Positions 27,652-34,187 of a DNA stretch of 34,187 nt are shown one piece after another; position 1 is the stretch's first letter, and every line of letters begins with the position of its first letter. The stretch is from positions 1,054,001-1,088,187 of the forward strand of contig BROI01000009.1 in assembly GCA_027923505.1 (NCBI GenBank). The letters run 5' to 3'. Under the pieces are notes generated by a model, which was not told the DNA's origin, searched no databases, and was given only the letters and a program-made list of their open reading frames with translations. This DNA comes from Mayamaea pseudoterrestris. Taxonomy: Eukaryota. The position numbers and the translations under genes are program-made.

Positions 27652-29736
27652 ATGGTGGGAAGGTATCGCAGCAATTTACTAATGACAATGGCGCTTGGCC
27701 TCATCCAATTTCGATCCGTCGTTTCAGCCTTTGGATTACGTACATCAAGTTCATCTCGTCGTTCCTTGCCTCGACGACCATTGGCCACCAAGCCTTTCGT
27801 CGAAACAATCTCGTTGAAAGGAATCGAGTGGCTACAGGAAACGGTTGTGGAAACGCTTAATGAATTGTATGATCCAAACCAAGTGGCCCAGGCGAATCTG
27901 CTGAAAAAGAACAAGAAGCAACAAGATAACGACACAATGAGCCAAGCTGCTACACCAACGACTCCCCCTGAACTATCTCATTTACAATCCTTTACCAAGC
28001 AGCAAGCCATGGTGACTCCTGCCACGAAACCAGAGTTTGGCGACTACCAAGTCAACGCCGCCATGGGCTTGGCCAAGGCGCTCCAATTGTCGCCTCGAAC
28101 CTGCGCGCAACAGATTGTGGCGGCGCTGCAACCAAAGATACTTGATTACATGACGGATCCAGAGATTGCTGGACCTGGTTTTGTCAATCTAAAGTTCAAG
28201 CCAGACTACTTGACGAGGGCCGTGGCCAGCATGGCGCAACATGCGCAAGGACGCGTCGGTGTGCCGCGCACGAAGCAACCACTAACAATTGTCGTGGACT
28301 ACTCCTCACCCAACATTGCCAAGGAGATGCATGTGGGTCACTTACGGTCAACGATTATTGGAGATACCTTGGCCAACGTGTTGGAGTTTGTCGGACATGA
28401 CGTTGTGCGGGTCAATCACGTTGGTGACTGGGGCACGCAGTTTGGCATGCTGGTGGAGCATTTACGAGACGAGTATCCTGCCGCCTTGAGCAAGGAGACC
28501 TCACAAGACGTTGACTTGGGTGACTTGGTGCAACTGTACAAGGCGGCCAAGAAACGGTTCGATGTAAATGACGACTTTAAAGTGAGAGCGCGCGAAGCCG
28601 TGGTCAAGCTGCAGGCGGGGGCAGCCGAGGAGCGGGCGGCGTGGGAGTCGCTGTGTTTGGCCAGTCAAAAGGAATATGAACAAATTTACGAGCAACTCAA
28701 CGTCAACAAGGGTTTGCAGGTGCGGGGTGAGTCGTTTTACAATCCATTCCTGCAGGGCGTCGTGGACGATTTAAAGAAGCAGGGACTGGCGGTCGAAAGT
28801 GACGGCGCCACTGTTGTCTATTTGGACGGCTACTCGAACAAGGATGGAGAACCATTGCCAGTCATTGTCCAAAAGACGGATGGTGGCTACAACTACGCCA
28901 CGACAGATCTTGCGGCCATTCGTCATCGAACGCTCATGCCCAAGGCAGAGTCGGGTGAAAAAGCCCAGCGAGTCCTGTATGTGACGGATGCTGGACAAGG
29001 CCAGCATTTTGACATGGTATTCAAGTGTGCACAGCTGGCTGGTTTCTGTGCTCCGGACGCATCGCTCGAGCATGTTCCGTTTGGCCTCGTGCAGGGTGAG
29101 GACGGAAAGAAGTTTGCAACTCGATCCGGCGAGACGGTCAAGCTGAAGGATCTTTTAAACGAAGCTGTTCGCATCGCAGGTGAAGACATGAGATCTCGAT
29201 ATGAGAATACAGCAGATAGCAATTTTCTGGAGCGATTAGACTCAGTGGCCCAGATTGTTGGAATTGGAGCAGTCAAGTACGCTGACTTGAGCATGAACCG
29301 CGAGTCAAACTATCGATTTAGCTATGCACGTATGCTAAGCCTGAATGGCAACACTGCACCATACATGCTGTACGCATACGCACGCATTTGCGGCATTATA
29401 CGAAAGGCGACTGGTCAAGACGATTCAAAACCCATTGTTTGGCCAGAAGCATCGGAAATAATCGTATCCCACGAATCTGAGATAGATCTTGCTCGCAGTC
29501 TAGTTCGATTGCCCGATGTCATTGCAGACGTAGAGAAGGACCTGTACCCGAATCGGATGTGTGACTATCTATTTGAGACTTCTCAAAAGTTTAATCAGTT
29601 TTACGAAAATTGTTCCGTCAAAAATGCGGCCACGCCAGAGTTGAGGGACAGTCGTCTGTCGCTCTGCGTAGCAACGGCAGCAACCATCAGAATGTTGATG
29701 AACTTGCTTGGACTAGAAGTCGTTGAAAAGTTATAA
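27652..29736 (+). CDS. argS: Arginyl-tRNA synthetase, probably plastid-targeted (694 aa)
   Basis: FGDYQVN, AGPGFVN, VDYSSPNIAKEMHVGHLRSTIIGD (HIGH), GDWGTQFG, KKFATRSG, GNTAPYMLYAYARI. N-terminal signal-like ...VVSA-FG is followed by an S/R-rich transit-like stretch. Confidence 0.96.
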   Translation: MVGRYRSNLLMTMALGLIQFRSVVSAFGLRTSSSSRRSLPRRPLATKPFVETISLKGIEWLQETVVETLNELYDPNQVAQANLLKKNKKQQDNDTMSQAATPTTPPELSHLQSFTKQQAMVTPATKPEFGDYQVNAAMGLAKALQLSPRTCAQQIVAALQPKILDYMTDPEIAGPGFVNLKFKPDYLTRAVASMAQHAQGRVGVPRTKQPLTIVVDYSSPNIAKEMHVGHLRSTIIGDTLANVLEFVGHDVVRVNHVGDWGTQFGMLVEHLRDEYPAALSKETSQDVDLGDLVQLYKAAKKRFDVNDDFKVRAREAVVKLQAGAAEERAAWESLCLASQKEYEQIYEQLNVNKGLQVRGESFYNPFLQGVVDDLKKQGLAVESDGATVVYLDGYSNKDGEPLPVIVQKTDGGYNYATTDLAAIRHRTLMPKAESGEKAQRVLYVTDAGQGQHFDMVFKCAQLAGFCAPDASLEHVPFGLVQGEDGKKFATRSGETVKLKDLLNEAVRIAGEDMRSRYENTADSNFLERLDSVAQIVGIGAVKYADLSMNRESNYRFSYARMLSLNGNTAPYMLYAYARICGIIRKATGQDDSKPIVWPEASEIIVSHESEIDLARSLVRLPDVIADVEKDLYPNRMCDYLFETSQKFNQFYENCSVKNAATPELRDSRLSLCVATAATIRMLMNLLGLEVVEKL

Positions 29737-29866
29737 CGTACAGTTACTATTTTGTATTAACAGGTACTCCAACGTAGATTTGATGATCGCAAGTTCCTCC
29801 AGAGTGAGCAACCAAAACCACATACACTCCACGTCAACAATCGTCGCAGGGACCCATCCAATGCAT

Positions 29867-30844
29867 TTAACCTGGAATAATCAATCGCTTCTTCTTCATT
29901 GCTTGCTCCACTACGTAATCGGCTTTTCCCTTATTCATCGTTTGCGCCAAGTACTCGAGACAATCCTCGTTCAATGTCTCGTCCAAATCCTTGGTTGGAT
30001 TGCAAACCAGCACCGCCGCGCCTTCCAGCTCTGCCTTTCCAACGATGATGCTACAAAAGTATCGTCCAACCGACGCCTTGGCCTTGGCCAGTTCCTTCAT
30101 GGCTGTTGGAAACGAGTAGCGCTGTCGATGGTCGCGAATCAGCGGAATGACCATGACAATGCAGCAATCCGGTTTTCGCTCCAACAACCCATCGACCAAT
30201 TCCTTGGCGTAGTAAAAGTCGTTATCCTCATTGTATGGCGGGTCAATCAAAATGATATGCTGTCGATCGGATACTTCGTCACGAGGAATGTAAAAGTCAA
30301 TCGAAGCTGGATCGTACGCGCTGATTTTGCGAAAGTCGGCATCCTCGTACAAGCCTTCCACGTCGTCAACATTGACATCGGAGAGTCGATGAACGTCATT
30401 GTCCTGCATGAGTTCTCGGCTAAACAAGGCTGTTCCGGGGACAGTTTCGTTGCCAAACTCGGCGCGAAGTTTGTTGAGAAGAGCCACATACTTTTTGGTT
30501 GGAGCCGGAACGTTGGGTGCATTATTCTTTTCTACCATCTTGCCGGCGCCCTTGTAATATTCCTCTTTGACTCCATCGTGGACTCCCTGTGGACATTATT
30601 GGATGTTAAAATCAAGAACAGGTGAGAACTAATGCTGCTGTCGAATCATCGGTGCGATGAACCTGCTCTGTGACGACAACGGCATCGTTAAACGACTTAC
30701 CGGTCCGGAATGGGTCTCTACTAATGTAACACCCTCAGGATGTTCGGCTTGGAAGGCTTTGACAACGGAAATGTAGACGACATTCTTCAAGACGTCCATA
30801 AAGTTGCCTGGAACATGCTCGTGCACGTAATTTGTCTCGGGCAT
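29867..30844 (-). CDS. rlmJ: RlmJ-like (23S rRNA m6A2030-type) N6-adenine methyltransferase homologue; exons 30844-30701, 30586-29867 (~287 aa)
   Basis: NYVHEHVPGNFMDVLKN...LVETHSGP|G parallels RlmJ YRHSFHAGNHADVLKH...YLDTHAGAG. Catalytic ILIDPPY is present. The intron CCG|GTAAGT...CCACAG joins the two ORFs in frame. Confidence 0.78.
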
Positions 30845-31208
30845 GGTGATGCTGGAGATTGGTTGCTGCTGGTTTCTGATTGGTCTGATGGGGATCACTG
30901 AGTAGGCAGGTTGACAATCAATCGCAACGACGATGGCTTCAAAAAGAGGTTTTTATCTCACGTTAGATCGCTCCTTAGATTCACTGTAGACAAGACGACA
31001 GGCAAGGCCATGTGTTGTGAGCATGGACGTGTTGTTGATCGTGCCGCAAGATGCAAGATCATCAATGACCCTCGCGCGCGAGAACTGTGACCGAATGTGT
31101 GTGTAACGGTGTGACAGTATCTTGTGAAATGGTGCGACAATACCCGGTACTCGAAGGACGACCACGACTTTTTCTTTCGATCATTCCTCGTCGACAAGCT
31201 TACTTACT

Positions 31209-32195
31209 ATGAACATGGTCCAAACAGAGACGGCTACGACAGCCATAACTTGTCAAGAATGCAATAAAGACATTGCCGTCTATGCATGTCCTCGTTGTCG
31301 GCGACGAACTTGTTCGCTAGCTTGCTGTCGGTCGCACAAGGTTCGACAAAGTTGCAACGGCAAGCGCGACCTGACAGCCTTCGCTCCACTCTCGCGCATG
31401 ACGGATGCGACAATACAAAGTGACTATCACTTTTTGGAGAGTGTCCTGGGGACATTGGAGTCCGGGAGGAAGCTGGTGCAGCAGCATGGAGATCATGCAG
31501 CAACTAGCGGAAGTGGCAGGAGCTACAATCACAAGCGTCAACGAATCGAGCCATCAGCTCCTACTCTTCCACCGGCATGGCTCTTGGAAAACTCGGAAAT
31601 ACGTCAGCAGCAATCGCAATCGTCCAACATGAACGCCAAGCAGAGACACTTTGTGCAGCAAGCAGCGCAACGCGGCGTCACAGTGCTGGTGCAGCCGTCT
31701 TTCATGCAGCGGCACCAGCAGAACAAATCGCATGTCACCAAGCAAGGGGACTTTCATTGGACGATTGAATGGCGAATATATTATAAGGGTTGCAAGAATA
31801 ATGTTCACGACTCGCCAGAAACGAGTCGAACATGTCATACTTTGTTTAAGGACACAACAATGGTGCAGGATGCGTTCGAACAATGTATGACGACACTGAG
31901 TGGCAATGCGTCGTCATTGTCGTCAAAAATGTCCAAGAACAACTTGTCCTCCTTTCGTTTGCTGCTAAAGCGAATTCCATGTCCCGCCAATCAACCACTC
32001 TACAGCGAGCTCTCCCGAACAGTTTCTGTTGCAAGTTGCTTGCAGGATCGAACCGTCATTGAGTATCCAACGATTGACGTTGTCCATACAGATTGCTTGA
32101 ACGACTTTCCTTTGCTTCTGCAGCACATGGATCATGATCGTATGACAATAGGGAAAGATGAATTGGAGGAGGCGATGAAAGCGGTCGCAAATTGA
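31209..32195 (+). CDS. BCD1: Box C/D snoRNA biogenesis protein (Bcd1/ZNHIT6 family, zf-HIT)
   Basis: CQEC...YACPRCRRRTCSLACCRSHK...CNGKRD zf-HIT, SDYHFLE, WTIEW, and C-terminal LQDRTVIEYPTI. Confidence 0.9.
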   Translation: MNMVQTETATTAITCQECNKDIAVYACPRCRRRTCSLACCRSHKVRQSCNGKRDLTAFAPLSRMTDATIQSDYHFLESVLGTLESGRKLVQQHGDHAATSGSGRSYNHKRQRIEPSAPTLPPAWLLENSEIRQQQSQSSNMNAKQRHFVQQAAQRGVTVLVQPSFMQRHQQNKSHVTKQGDFHWTIEWRIYYKGCKNNVHDSPETSRTCHTLFKDTTMVQDAFEQCMTTLSGNASSLSSKMSKNNLSSFRLLLKRIPCPANQPLYSELSRTVSVASCLQDRTVIEYPTIDVVHTDCLNDFPLLLQHMDHDRMTIGKDELEEAMKAVAN

Positions 32196-32307
32196 GCCTC
32201 AATGCTTCAAGCATGTTGGTGCTAGTACTACTTATCTCGTAAGGGTCACTCTTCCATTGGTTCTTAGAAATCTAATAGTATAAAAATTTGCTACTGCTGC
32301 ATTACAT

Positions 32308-33015
32308 TCACTTAAGCAACTTGTTGTTAAACTCGTTTTCGAGCTTCATATGGTCCACCGTCAGCTTGCTCACCGCCTTGAAACGTTCATGATTTGCCGA
32401 TCCCATGAGCATGAACGCGGCCGACTGCGCCGTGGTCAAGAACGCACCCGACTGCTGCATGCGCTCGAGTGCCATCTGACGATCGTAGGCTTGTTGCGAG
32501 GAAACTGCGTCAAGAATTAAATGCACGTCCTTGCCTTGCTCGAGCAAATCCAAACAAGTTTGCTGGACGCATACATGAGCTTCAATGCCGACAATAATGT
32601 AGCTCTCTCTGTCTAGAGTTTGTAAATGAGCTTGCACTTCGTCGGTCAGCATGCTAAACCGTTTCTTCTCGAACACGGGCGTAGATTTCAAGTCGTCAGA
32701 ATTTGCAAAACAATCAGGAAGCGTTTCGCCAAACACCTTGGTATATTGCTGCGTAATTACGATTGGTATATCCAGTGCTTTGGCAACGCTTGTCATGTAC
32801 CGCGTCGTGCGAATAACTGTTTCGCCGTGATGTATGAGGGGACGAAACCTTTCCTGCATGTCGCAGAGTAAAAGGCATGTCTTGGATGGATGTAGCTTTC
32901 CAATAGACCGAGCGGCAGTGACGGCTGCACTTGACATACTATTTGCAGTTTCTGATAGATAAGTAACGATAAAGATGGTTGTAAAGGAGCAAGCCAGCAA
33001 GGATCTTGCGGCCAT
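32308..33015 (-). CDS. Isochorismatase-family hydrolase (ISOC/YcaC-like) with a hydrophobic N-terminal extension
   Basis: LLLCDMQERFRPLI, TQQYTKVFGET, EKKRFSM, GIEAHVCVQQTCLDLL, DAVSS. Start ATG taken at 33015. Confidence 0.9.
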   Translation of the reverse strand: MAARSLLACSFTTIFIVTYLSETANSMSSAAVTAARSIGKLHPSKTCLLLCDMQERFRPLIHHGETVIRTTRYMTSVAKALDIPIVITQQYTKVFGETLPDCFANSDDLKSTPVFEKKRFSMLTDEVQAHLQTLDRESYIIVGIEAHVCVQQTCLDLLEQGKDVHLILDAVSSQQAYDRQMALERMQQSGAFLTTAQSAAFMLMGSANHERFKAVSKLTVDHMKLENEFNNKLLK

Positions 33016-33016
33016 G

Positions 33017-33046
33017 GTCGAATGTCGAATGTCGAATGTCGAATGT
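33017..33046. repeat. 7-bp tandem repeat (GTCGAAT)x4
   Basis: Four perfect units plus GT, immediately upstream of the isochorismatase ATG. Confidence 0.9.
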
Positions 33047-33227
33047 GCCAGAGAATTTGGGTCGCGCAATGAATGTTACGCAGACGGAGAAGCGGCACTG
33101 AATACTTTGAGTCCCGCTACGTTCGTGACTCCCTCAGCCAATCAGCATCCATTTCAAGATTCGCCTTCAACACGGCAGGCAGCAAGCAGCACCGTCAGAT
33201 CTTCCCTCCACAATTCTCCTCTCCACC

Positions 33228-34187
33228 ATGGCACGTTCCTCTCTGCGCGTCAGGCTCGTCGCCTGCGTTGGGGCTGTAACTTTGCTAGCCTGCAATGTGG
33301 AGGCGTTTCAGTCGATTCCAGGGTACGTGAGCCATCATGAAGGAGTCCTTGGCCTCGACTGATGATCCATGGCTGCACGCGTGCACGTACAACATCGATT
33401 GAGTCGTGGCTGCTTCTGACCGTCTATTCGTTGCTTTACAGTCCACGATTTGCTCCAGTGTCGATTCAGCCTCGGCTTGGCCATGGTGTTTCTGTGATTC
33501 GTCCGCCTTCCCAGGCGACAAAAGTAGCATCTCGATCATCATCACTCCATGCGTCGAACGCGAGCAGTGATGCCAATGCCGCCGAAGTTCCATCCAGGCG
33601 ACAAGCGGCAAAGAAGGTACGCGATAAAAATTAAATGAGTTTTACTATAGTGTCGAGTATGCTCTCTCAGATTTTCGCGCAGATTCTTTCACGCGCCGCA
33701 GTTTGCGTGGCGGCCCTCGCCTTGGTTCAGCTTACATTTGCTGTCGCTCCAGCGCACGCCCGCAAGGTTGCCAAGGTTGTTGGCGAGCACTTGCATACCG
33801 GACAAAAGGTGGCCAACTTTTTCCGAGGCTTTGGAATTCCTGATCTTGCCGTCTTGGCCATTATTTCGGCTCTGCCGGTCGTGGAGTTGCGAGGTGCCGT
33901 TCCAGTGGGCGTTTGGATGGGTTATCCAATATCCACCGTTCTACCAGTTTGTGTTTTGGGAAACATGGTTCCAATCATTCCGCTGATTTATCTGTTGAAG
34001 AGTAGCTCCTTGATCAATAAGCTCATGTCGCCCATTTTGAAGCGCGCCGAACAAAAGACCAAGGAACTTGGTTTGGGAAGTCCCTCCAAGCAGTGGGTGT
34101 CACTGGCTGCCTTTGTCGGCATTCCACTCCCCGGCACGGGTGCCTGGACGGGGGCCATGGGCGCCTTTTTGCTCGGAATGCCAACAT
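33228..34187 (+). CDS. Small multidrug export family (COG2426-like) membrane protein, plastid-targeted, truncated by the window end; exons 33228-33322, 33442-33616, 33671 or 33683 to end
   Basis: Not captured by the ORF track. Exon 3 reads ISALPVVELRGAVPVG...LGNMVP...FVGIPLPGTGAWTGAMGAFLLGMP. The N-terminus MARSSLRVRLVACVGAVTLLACNVEA-FQ is an ASAFAP-like cleavage site. Both introns have GTACG donors. Confidence 0.85.

Noticed and set aside
29723..30625. 300-aa plus-strand ORF
   Set aside because: Antisense shadow of the RlmJ-like gene, with a non-ATG start and no recognisable motifs.

Overview
Compact, intron-containing eukaryotic nuclear DNA, most likely from a diatom. This is inferred from a diatom-type (CoDi-like) Ty1/copia element, ASAFAP-like bipartite plastid presequences and short GT-AG introns. 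About 12 kb (4615-16758) is a head-to-tail dimer of a 6072-bp intact copia LTR retrotransposon: four 241-bp LTRs, a precise CA|TG LTR-LTR junction at 10686/10687, no target-site duplication, a half-tRNA-Met-type PBS and a chromo-like domain. The host genes are a cyclin-J-like cyclin, a tropinone-reductase-like SDR, an EDR2-C/DUF1336 protein, a SET-domain protein, CSN6, a DHHC palmitoyltransferase interrupted by an in-frame TAG, a RING-CH/FHA protein, a plastid-type arginyl-tRNA synthetase, a divergent intron-containing RlmJ-like methyltransferase, BCD1/ZNHIT6, an isochorismatase-family protein and a truncated plastid-targeted small multidrug export family protein. Exon models were built by eye from splice consensus and frame continuity, and family calls rest on recalled motifs rather than database searches.
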